Shown piece by piece: positions 25,083 to 32,000 of a DNA stretch of 32,000 nucleotides. The position numbers were made by a program, and so were the translations under genes. Under the pieces are notes generated by a model. The model worked only from the letters and a program-made list of their open reading frames with translations, was not told the origin of the DNA and searched no databases. The DNA comes from Desulfobulbus propionicus DSM 2032. GTDB taxonomy: Bacteria; Desulfobacterota; Desulfobulbia; Desulfobulbales; Desulfobulbaceae. Location: assembly GCF_000186885.1 (NCBI RefSeq), contig NC_014972.1:2940001-2972000 (forward strand). Reading direction: 5' to 3'. Each line of letters opens with the position of its first letter. The stretch's first letter is position 1.

Positions 25083-26009
25083 GTGCCCTGTTCCGCTGTT
25101 CGCCTCCTTGCTGTCAGGGCGATCGTGACGGCGGCTCTTGCCACCTCCCTCGCCGGATGCCGCTCGCCAGATGCCCCGGAAAGGCTGCCTGCGGGATCCG
25201 TGCCCACTGCCGCGCCTCCGACCAGGGTGCTCGTGTCGCCCACATCCCTCTCCGAGCAGTTTCCATCCTCCGCATCGCTGTCGACCAAAACGCCACCACC
25301 GCGTTCCGCCCATGAGCGGACCGCTGACGGCAACGCGTCCACAACAGCTGGCCGACCCGAGATCGCGATCATCATCGACGACATGGGCAACGATCTCAAA
25401 ATGGGACGCAAGTTTTTGGAACTTGACGACAATCTCACCTTTTCCTTTCTGCCGGGGGCGCCGCACACCCAGGAACTGGCGGAGCAGGCGTTTCAAGCCG
25501 GGCGCACCGTTCTTGTCCATCTGCCCATGGAACCCAAAGACACCCGGTGGTCTCCCGGAACGGAGGCGCTGCACATTGCTGACACGGAGGAAGGGATCAG
25601 AACGAAAACAGAGACCATGCTGGCGGCGGTGCCGCATGCCGTTGGCACCAACAATCACATGGGATCACGGTTCACCGAACATGGCCTGGGCATGCACCGG
25701 GTACTGACCGTGTTGAAAGAACGGGCTTTGTTCTTTGTCGACTCCTACACCACCGCCGGCTCGCAGGGTTTGGCCACCGCCCGGCGGCTTGCTGTGCCGG
25801 CCACCCGAAGGCATGTATTCCTCGACAACGAGAAGACGCCAAGCAAGATCTGCGACCAGCTTGATCAGCTGGCCCTGTTGGCCCGGCAACAGGGCCATGC
25901 CGTCGGTATCGGCCATCCCAATCAGGCCATGTTCACGGCCCTGGCGCGCTGCGGCCCGGAGAATATGCATCACATCAACCTGGTGAGTGTTCAGCGGCTG
26001 ACGCGATAG
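25083..26009 (+). CDS. YibQ-like divergent polysaccharide deacetylase family lipoprotein
   Basis: Lipobox LAGC after a hydrophobic N-terminus. IAIIIDDMGND, ...FLPGAPH..., ...VHLPMEP... and ...NNHMGSRFT... match the YibQ/divergent deacetylase pattern. Confidence 0.75.
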   Translation: MPCSAVRLLAVRAIVTAALATSLAGCRSPDAPERLPAGSVPTAAPPTRVLVSPTSLSEQFPSSASLSTKTPPPRSAHERTADGNASTTAGRPEIAIIIDDMGNDLKMGRKFLELDDNLTFSFLPGAPHTQELAEQAFQAGRTVLVHLPMEPKDTRWSPGTEALHIADTEEGIRTKTETMLAAVPHAVGTNNHMGSRFTEHGLGMHRVLTVLKERALFFVDSYTTAGSQGLATARRLAVPATRRHVFLDNEKTPSKICDQLDQLALLARQQGHAVGIGHPNQAMFTALARCGPENMHHINLVSVQRLTR

Positions 26010-26025
26010 GGAACTGAAAAAATTC

Positions 26026-26946
26026 CTACACCTCCAGTTCCGGAACGAGAAAGCTGATGTGTTCCTCCTCGCCCTCCATTTCGGTCACCGTCACATCCCC
26101 CCACCGACGCAGCCAATCCACCACCCCCACCACCAGGTGCTCCGGAGCCGAGGCTCCGGCGCTGACCCCGACCCTCTTGACCCCGGCAAACCAAGCCGGA
26201 TCGATCTCGCTGGCATCGTCGATGAGATGGGCCGGTGTCTGCCGCAATTCCGCCACCTCCCGCAGCCGGTTCGAGTTGGAACTGTTTTTTGAGCCGACGA
26301 CCAACACCAGATCCACCCGGTCGGCCAATTCGCGGACCGCAGCCTGCCGGTTGGTGGTCGCATAGCAGATATCGGTCCGATCCGGCTCGGCAATGCGTGG
26401 AAACCGCCGGCGAATGGCCAGGAGTATTTCCCGGGTATCGTCCACACTCAAGGTGGTTTGGGTTACATACCCAACCTTGTCCGGATCGGTCACCTGCAGC
26501 TGGCCGATCTCCGACGCCTTGGACACCACGTGCACCGGTCCCACCGCCTGGCCGCAGGTTCCCTCGACCTCGGGATGCCCCTTGTGGCCGATCACCAGCA
26601 CGTCATATCCCTGGGCATTGAGCCGGATCATCCGCCGATGCACCTTGGACACCAGGGGGCAGGTGGCATCAATGATCCGCAATCCAAGGGCCGTGGCTCG
26701 TTGTTCCACCGCCCGGGAGACGCCATGGGCACTGAACACGGTGACCGATCCCCGGGGAATATCCTCCAATTCCTCGACAAAAACCGCCCCGCGACACCGC
26801 AGTTCCTCCAGCACATGCGTGTTGTGGACAATCTCGTGCAGGACATACACGGGTGGCCGATGGCGCTCCAGGGCCTGATGAACGATGGCAATGGCACGAT
26901 TGACTCCGGCACAAAAACCGCGCGGCTTGGCAAGAATGACTTCCAT
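26026..26946 (-). CDS. ispH: 4-hydroxy-3-methylbut-2-enyl diphosphate reductase
   Basis: MEVILAKPRGFCAGVNRAI, HEIVHN, ...DATCPLV..., ...TNRQ.... Track ORF trimmed from 26973 (TTG) to ATG 26946, giving the canonical IspH N-terminus. Confidence 0.95.
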   Translation of the reverse strand: MEVILAKPRGFCAGVNRAIAIVHQALERHRPPVYVLHEIVHNTHVLEELRCRGAVFVEELEDIPRGSVTVFSAHGVSRAVEQRATALGLRIIDATCPLVSKVHRRMIRLNAQGYDVLVIGHKGHPEVEGTCGQAVGPVHVVSKASEIGQLQVTDPDKVGYVTQTTLSVDDTREILLAIRRRFPRIAEPDRTDICYATTNRQAAVRELADRVDLVLVVGSKNSSNSNRLREVAELRQTPAHLIDDASEIDPAWFAGVKRVGVSAGASAPEHLVVGVVDWLRRWGDVTVTEMEGEEEHISFLVPELEV

Positions 26947-27001
26947 GGGGTACCCGTGGTCAGATTTCAACAAAAGGAGGGCGGAACCGGATTGATGCCG
27001 C

Positions 27002-28417
27002 CTAGTTCTCGATCTTCTTCACCGCCTCGCTGATGGAAAGCGGATAGGGATGATGCTTGCGAAGAAAAACTGGCATGCTGTTACGCGCTTCCCGGGCTGC
27101 TTCCAGGCTGTCATACATGCCGTAAAAGACGAAAATGGTGGGGGGAGAGGTTTTTTTACGCAAAACATAGAGTTGTTCCCGAACCTGATAATAGTCATCC
27201 TCGGTCAGGGTAGTTGCGATGCTCGACTGGGCCTGATCGGAGACCAGCATCATCAGTTGAATGGTAAAGCCGCCCTTGTAGATGCCGGCCAGCCAACTGG
27301 CGCTGGCGCCCAGCCGCTCGCGGTAGAGCTTGTCGCCATCCCGGATCTCCTGTGGGGCGGGAGGCGGCTGGAGAACATCCTCCACCGCCTGCTCAGTTCC
27401 GCCGCCCTCCCGCACGCCGGGAGCCGATGCTGGACGGGCTGTCGCGGCTGTTTTCACAACAGGCTCACCACCAGCGGACTCCTCTTGGCCGGTGCCGCTG
27501 AGCAGCACGCCGATGACCAGCATCATCGCCGCCACCCCGGCCAGCGCTCCGATCACAAGCCTATTGGAGCTGAGCAGTTCATAGATCTCGATCACCTTGT
27601 TGTCCGGCTTGAACGGTTCTTCCTCTTCCGGCTCGACATGATCCAGCAGGACCATGAACGATTTCTCCGCGCACGAGGCTTGCAGGGTCTCGTCAGCCAA
27701 AATGTTGGTGATCCGGAGATTGCCCTTCGCGGCACTGAAGATCTTGGTGACCGCCCCCTCGGTGAAGACCTCGGCAAATTGCTCACGGCGCATGCCCGCG
27801 GCATTGACCCGGTACCGGAGATACTGTCTGGTCTCGCTTTCGGTCAGATTGTCCAGGAAATAGCCGGCATGCACATCGACCTTGGCATGGAAGACGGCCA
27901 ACTGGTCAAGATTGGCGTCGAGTCCGGGACGGCCAGCAAGCACCAACACCAGGTCCAGGCCGTCCGGTCCGTCGCCGACATGCCGGATCAACCGTTCCAG
28001 GGCGGCGAGAAAGAGCTTTTCCGCCTCGTCGATCACAAGCACGGTCTTCATGCCGGACGCTCGGCGCTCGGCCAGCAGTTGCTGCAACGCCTCGAAAAAA
28101 TGCGTCTGTTCGTGCGCCCCTCTGGGGTCCATGCCCAGATCCAGACAGACAAGGCGCAACAGTTCATCAAACGAGCCAATGGGATTGTCGAGCACGACTA
28201 CCTGGTATCCGGAAGACAGACGCTCGGCGATCAACCGGCAAATCAGCGTTTTCCCCGAACCCTCCGGGCCAATCAGTTTGATCAACTGCTTGCCGGCCAG
28301 GATATCGAGAATCATCGACTGGCAGATCTCTTCCCTTTTTGCTCCCGGAAAAAAAATTTCCGAATCCGGCTCTTCCACAAACGGCGGGTGGGTCAGGTGA
28401 AAATGTTCGAGATACAT
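27002..28417 (-). CDS. ExeA/GspA-like AAA+ ATPase with a transmembrane helix and C-terminal SPOR-like domain
   Basis: MYLEHFHLTHPPF is the typical ExeA N-terminus. Walker A GPEGSGKT. Walker B VLVIDEAE. TM helix LVIGALAGVAAMMLVIGVLL. Pro/Ala-rich linker. C-terminus GGFTIQLMML...IFVFYGMYDSLEAAREARNSMP is SPOR-like. Track ORF trimmed from 28462 to ATG 28417. Confidence 0.8.
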   Translation of the reverse strand: MYLEHFHLTHPPFVEEPDSEIFFPGAKREEICQSMILDILAGKQLIKLIGPEGSGKTLICRLIAERLSSGYQVVVLDNPIGSFDELLRLVCLDLGMDPRGAHEQTHFFEALQQLLAERRASGMKTVLVIDEAEKLFLAALERLIRHVGDGPDGLDLVLVLAGRPGLDANLDQLAVFHAKVDVHAGYFLDNLTESETRQYLRYRVNAAGMRREQFAEVFTEGAVTKIFSAAKGNLRITNILADETLQASCAEKSFMVLLDHVEPEEEEPFKPDNKVIEIYELLSSNRLVIGALAGVAAMMLVIGVLLSGTGQEESAGGEPVVKTAATARPASAPGVREGGGTEQAVEDVLQPPPAPQEIRDGDKLYRERLGASASWLAGIYKGGFTIQLMMLVSDQAQSSIATTLTEDDYYQVREQLYVLRKKTSPPTIFVFYGMYDSLEAAREARNSMPVFLRKHHPYPLSISEAVKKIEN

Positions 28418-28648
28418 GCGCTCAGAACCAGGCTGGTGAAAGACGGGCTGTTTCGACAACAAGCGGGAAACGGTAACAAGTCATTTGATTATCAATGAGT
28501 TACTGTTTTCTGTAAACCTCTTTTTACATCAAAAGGCTCATTTTTTCCCGAAAAGGCAAAGAAACCCGCCATACACCTTCGAGCTTGCCTTTTCCCTGAA
28601 CCGCTGTAGGATTCGCGCTCAACCGTTTGAATATTCCCCCATAATCCC

Positions 28649-29332
28649 ATGCCCGTTTTCCGCCTTACCGACGACCTGCTCTTTCCCGCTCCCGAATTTG
28701 CCGAGGATGACGGCCTGCTCGCCGTCGGCGGCGATTTGCACCCAGCACGGCTGATCATGGCCTATAGCCTGGGCATCTTTCCCTGGTTCTCGGAAGGCGA
28801 TCCGATTCTGTGGTGGTCGCCGGCACCGCGGCTGGTTCTTTTCCCCGAAGAATTCCATCTGCCCAAACGGCTCAAACGAACCCTCAACGCCGGGGCCTTC
28901 ACCGTGACCGCGGACACCGCCTTTTCCCAGGTAATCGCTGGCTGCGCCACCGCCGCCGGCCGGCGGGAGAACGGCACATGGATCACGGGGGCCATGCAGC
29001 AGGCTTATTGCCGTCTGCATGCGCTCGGCTTTGCCCACTCGATCGAATGCTGGCGGGACGGCCAGCTGGCGGGCGGGTTGTACGGTGTCTGCCTGGACCG
29101 GATCTTTTTTGGCGAGTCGATGTTCACCCGCATGACCGACGCCTCCAAGGTGGCTTTGGCCGCCCTGGTCGAGCAGGCCCTTCATCGGGACATCGCCATG
29201 ATCGACTGTCAGATGACCACCGATCACCTGCTTCGCTTCGGGGCGCGAGAGATTTCGCGCGAGGCGTTCCAGGCCCGATTGGACCAATATATCGACGCCT
29301 GTCTGCCGCAAAAAAAATGGCGTCTGTCCTGA
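28649..29332 (+). CDS. aat: leucyl/phenylalanyl-tRNA-protein transferase
   Basis: GLLAVGGDL, AYSLGIFPWF, ILWWSPAPR, GGLYGV..., FFGESMF, KVAL. Confidence 0.92.
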   Translation: MPVFRLTDDLLFPAPEFAEDDGLLAVGGDLHPARLIMAYSLGIFPWFSEGDPILWWSPAPRLVLFPEEFHLPKRLKRTLNAGAFTVTADTAFSQVIAGCATAAGRRENGTWITGAMQQAYCRLHALGFAHSIECWRDGQLAGGLYGVCLDRIFFGESMFTRMTDASKVALAALVEQALHRDIAMIDCQMTTDHLLRFGAREISREAFQARLDQYIDACLPQKKWRLS

Positions 29333-29361
29333 CAGGTGCGACCTGGCAGAACAGACGCCAT
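29310..29361 (-). terminator. rho-independent terminator for the RSH transcript, embedded in the 3' end of the convergent aat gene
   Basis: ATGGCGTCTGTCCTGACAGG / CCTGGCAGAACAGACGCCAT forms an 18/20-bp stem with a 5-nt loop. Read on the minus strand it is followed by T7-8 (the + strand A-run at 29310-29317, which encodes QKK of Aat). No T-run follows it on the + strand. Confidence 0.6.
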
Positions 29362-29530
29362 GGGAAAGAAAGCAATCAAGCGAGGCTGCAACCACATTCC
29401 CGAAGAAGGCAATCCGACTTGGAACACAGCAAAACAGTTTCCCGGCTCGGCTTTATAGATGCACAGTAACCACCACGATGTCGGAGTCAAGCTGTTTCAC
29501 GCATCAGGCCCGTCTTGAAGCAGGCGTGCG

Positions 29531-31636
29531 CTACAGCTCCAGTTCGAACTCATAGCGGAGGCCGGATCGGGAAAAGTGGCGATCCACCTTTTTCAGGCCG
29601 TACAGGTTCGTCACCTGAAAATTGATTTCCCAATCGCCGATCAGCGCTGCGCCTTTGCCAAGATAGACAATGTCGATCACCTTCATCTCCTCGGGCGCCA
29701 CCGACAGCAGCATCAGCAGGCGGTTGCGGCTCGCCTGCATGACAATGATGCGCTGGTTCTTCTCGATCCGGGTGCTTTTCAACTTCCAGCGGACTTCCAC
29801 CGCGTCTTCCCGCTGAAAATTGATTTTCTGCAACTGGGTGCAGTCCTTGCGATGCAGGGAAAGGCCGCGCTCGCTCAGCAGGCCAATCACCCCCTTGTCC
29901 AGGGGGCCGGGTTTGCAGCAGGCCGAGGATTTCATCACCACCGGGTCGAGGGTGGTGAGGTCAACCCGGTTGAACACGCCGGTCGGCTGGAACAGGGTCG
30001 GTTTGCCGACGTAGAGGCCATTGCGGATCTCGTAAATCAGCTCCCGCAGCCGCACCCTTCCCTCGCCCAGCTGCAAATAAAAATCCTCCATGGACTCGAT
30101 GTTGAAATAGGCCAGAATATCGACCATGCCCGCTTTCTCAACCACCTCCCGGGGCAGGCCGTAGCGCCGCAGCTCCTGGGCGAGCACCGAGGCGCCGATT
30201 TGCCGGGTGACCGCCTCCCGCCGCAGGCGAAAGGCCTTGGACAGTTCGGAGCGGGCCTTGGGGGTCTGACACAGCGCCTGCAACGATGGGTCGAAATTGA
30301 CCGGCGCCTCTTGCCGGATAACCTTGATCACGTTGCCGTCACGCAGTTGATGGTCGAGTCCCACCTTCTGCTTGCCGATCAAGCCGCCGATGCAGGTATG
30401 ACCGATGGCCGTGTGCACCCGGAAGGCAAAATCGAGCAAGATCGAGTTGACCGGCAGGCAGATCAGATCCCCCTGCGGAGTGTAGGTATAGATTTCCTTG
30501 CGGCCGCTGGCGGCGATCATATCCCGGTAGGAAACCGAATCATCGCTACCGAGGATGTCGAACATCTCCTGGATTTCCTTGAAAAAGCGACTAGTGGTTC
30601 GGCTGTCGCCAGCCCAGTCGCGCACCATGCCGCGCTGGGCGCGGCGGGCCATTTCCTCGGTGCGGATCTTGAACAGGTATTTGCGGCCGTTGATGTTGGG
30701 CCGGGCATGCAATCCCTGATAGCCCGAGGGTTTGGGGCTGGCGATGAAATCGCGGATGGTCCGGGGGATGGGCGGATAGATCTCGTTGAGTACCCCCAGT
30801 GCCTGGTAACAGCCACTGCGGTTGTTCATCAGGATCAAAATTTCCTGCGGGCTCTCGATCTCCTTGATCAGGATACGGTTGCGCACGTCGTAATAGCCCC
30901 ACAGCCCCTTGGTGCGCAGGGTGACCTTGCCGTCCAGCCCTTCGCGGTCGATGGCCTGTTGGACATTGTCGACGATCTTGAGCACCTCCGGGTCGTTGCG
31001 CAGGCTGTTGATGTGCATCTGCAGCCGGCTGCCTTGACGGGGAAATTTGTAGGCCAGCGCCAGGTTGTAGAGTTCGCGCTTGATGGCGAACAGGCCAAGA
31101 ATGGTGGCCAGGGGGGCGTAGATGTCCAGGGTTTCGTCGGCGATCTTCTGCCGCTTGTGTTTGGGCATGCTGGAAAGGGTGCGGAGATTATGCAGCCGAT
31201 CCGCCAACTTGACGATCATGACCTCCAGCTTGGCCGCGGCGCCGCTGAAAATCTTGCGGTGGACCAGCTTCTTGAAGGTCTGGCGGTCGCCGGTGTAGTG
31301 GGTCACCTTGGTGCAGCCCTCGACGATCGCCTCCACATTGGGGCCGAATCGTTGGCGGATCACCTCGTCGGTGACCTCCTCCACATCCTCAACCGTATCG
31401 TGCAACAGGGCGGCGGCCAGGATTTCCGGGTTGCGGATGTCCAGTTCCTCGGCCAGAATCCGCGCCACCGAGCAGGGATGCATGATGTAGGGATCGCCGG
31501 AGCGCCGCCACTGGTTGCCATGGGCCTCGAAGGCGAAATCGAGCGCCTTCCAGAACACCTGGGAGTCCGGCCCATTGCCGATGAATGCCTCCATGGTCTG
31601 GCGGTATGCATCCAGATCGAATTTAACGTACTGCAT
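29531..31636 (-). CDS. spoT: long RelA/SpoT homologue (HD hydrolase - synthetase-like - TGS - CC/ZFD - ACT), 701 aa
   Basis: HD motifs HP...LLHDTVEDV...KLADRLHNLRTL. Synthetase-like region RTKGLW...GYQGLH...FKIRT. TGS IYTYTPQGDLICLPVNSILLDFAFRVHTAIGH. CCKPGPLDKGVIGLL...HRKDC. Track ORF trimmed from 31909 to ATG 31636, with AGGA 6 nt upstream. The 91-aa extension is junk and would overlap the divergent gene. Confidence 0.92.
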   Translation of the reverse strand: MQYVKFDLDAYRQTMEAFIGNGPDSQVFWKALDFAFEAHGNQWRRSGDPYIMHPCSVARILAEELDIRNPEILAAALLHDTVEDVEEVTDEVIRQRFGPNVEAIVEGCTKVTHYTGDRQTFKKLVHRKIFSGAAAKLEVMIVKLADRLHNLRTLSSMPKHKRQKIADETLDIYAPLATILGLFAIKRELYNLALAYKFPRQGSRLQMHINSLRNDPEVLKIVDNVQQAIDREGLDGKVTLRTKGLWGYYDVRNRILIKEIESPQEILILMNNRSGCYQALGVLNEIYPPIPRTIRDFIASPKPSGYQGLHARPNINGRKYLFKIRTEEMARRAQRGMVRDWAGDSRTTSRFFKEIQEMFDILGSDDSVSYRDMIAASGRKEIYTYTPQGDLICLPVNSILLDFAFRVHTAIGHTCIGGLIGKQKVGLDHQLRDGNVIKVIRQEAPVNFDPSLQALCQTPKARSELSKAFRLRREAVTRQIGASVLAQELRRYGLPREVVEKAGMVDILAYFNIESMEDFYLQLGEGRVRLRELIYEIRNGLYVGKPTLFQPTGVFNRVDLTTLDPVVMKSSACCKPGPLDKGVIGLLSERGLSLHRKDCTQLQKINFQREDAVEVRWKLKSTRIEKNQRIIVMQASRNRLLMLLSVAPEEMKVIDIVYLGKGAALIGDWEINFQVTNLYGLKKVDRHFSRSGLRYEFELEL

Positions 31637-31810
31637 CTGCCATCCTGCCTTCCCCTGGCTTTTCCTTTCCTTACCGTCTGAATGGTGTACAATTGCCTCT
31701 TCGGACAGTGGTGCAAGGTTGCACTCTAACAGAGACTCTCCCGCGGACAAAGAGAAATTCTCCCCGCGTGGAGATTCAACAATAACCACAAAACAGGGAA
31801 CAGAAACGAG

Positions 31811-32000
31811 ATGGCCAGAAGATTTCTCCGGGGAAGGAAACCGACGGGTGCGCCGCGCAAAAAACGGCATCAGCGTGGCATGCCCCACACAGCAACAGGC
31901 CCGTTGCACGCCTCTATCCTAACCCTGCTTGCCGAGCAGAAGATCCCCCTGACCACCAACGAGATTGCCCTGGCCCTCCATCTCGATCACGGCCAGTTGT
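31811..32000 (+). CDS. 5' end (63 codons) of a gene running off the right edge; basic N-terminus then an HTH-like segment, possibly RNase R
   Basis: Not in the ORF track (no stop in the window). ATG 31811 gives MARRFLRGRKPTGAPRKKRHQRGMPHTATGPLHASILTLLAEQKIPLTTNEIALALHLDHGQL with no stop to 32000. ILTLLAEQKIPLTTNEIALAL resembles the N-terminal HTH of RNase R. The alternative start is ATG 31880. The product call is weak. Confidence 0.4.
   Translation, partial: MARRFLRGRKPTGAPRKKRHQRGMPHTATGPLHASILTLLAEQKIPLTTNEIALALHLDHGQL

Noticed and set aside
27050-28498. 482-aa + strand ORF
   Set aside because: It is antisense to the ExeA-like gene, which has Walker A/B motifs, a TM helix and a SPOR-like end. 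Shadow ORF.
29360-29461. 33-codon + strand ORF (MGKKAIKRGCNHIPEEGNPTWNTAKQFPGSAL) downstream of aat
   Set aside because: It has no SD, starts inside the terminator hairpin, and has no recognisable feature. It lies in the RSH 3' UTR region.
29576-31681. 701-aa + strand ORF
   Set aside because: It is the exact antisense mirror of the RelA/SpoT homologue. The translation is low-complexity (Gly/Leu/Gln/His/Asp) with no motif.
31709-31724. TGGTGCAAGGTTGCAC in the RSH/partial-gene divergent region, considered as a sigma54 -24/-12 promoter
   Set aside because: The GG-to-GC spacing is 9 nt instead of 10, and the -24 element is TGGTGC, not TGGCAC. It is better described as a GTGCAA/TTGCAC inverted repeat of unknown significance.

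Overview
GC-rich, densely packed chromosomal segment that reads like the core genome of a Desulfobacterota-type (deltaproteobacterial) anaerobe. That placement is an inference from gene content: a cobA/hemD fusion, a Cys-His-Cys-Cys adenylate kinase lid, and an ApgM-like gene beside hom. I can support 27 protein-coding genes (two partial at the window edges), one initiator tRNA-Met, four rho-independent terminators and four sigma70-like promoter candidates. Left to right: a partial AsmA-like envelope protein (absent from the ORF track because it runs off the left edge); a PAS histidine kinase plus response regulator; two hotdog thioesterases; a PilZ protein; tRNA-fMet; hom plus an ApgM-like gene; adk; gmhA plus a deoxyhypusine-synthase-like gene; hemC-cobA/hemD; a cereblon-like CULT-domain gene; a three-gene envelope cluster (small beta-barrel, FG-GAP propeller protein, large porin); a REC-GAF histidine kinase; a HEAT protein plus DinG-family helicase; a polyprenyl synthase; a YibQ-like protein; ispH; an ExeA-like AAA+/SPOR protein; aat; a long RelA/SpoT homologue; and the first 63 codons of one more gene. 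I see no CRISPR array, transposase, integrase, phage gene or recognisable defence or toxin module, so this is mostly an ordinary housekeeping region. Most long track ORFs lying opposite these genes are antisense shadows typical of high-GC DNA. Three loci are most worth follow-up. First, the CULT gene, which has a strong SD but no canonical start codon next to it, together with the adjacent uncharacterised envelope cluster (14.7-19.6 kb). Second, the response regulator with a four-Cys C-terminal tail. Third, the RSH protein whose synthetase catalytic motifs look degenerate. I cannot show that any of these is a genuinely new system. All functional calls are by-eye motif recognition without database searches.
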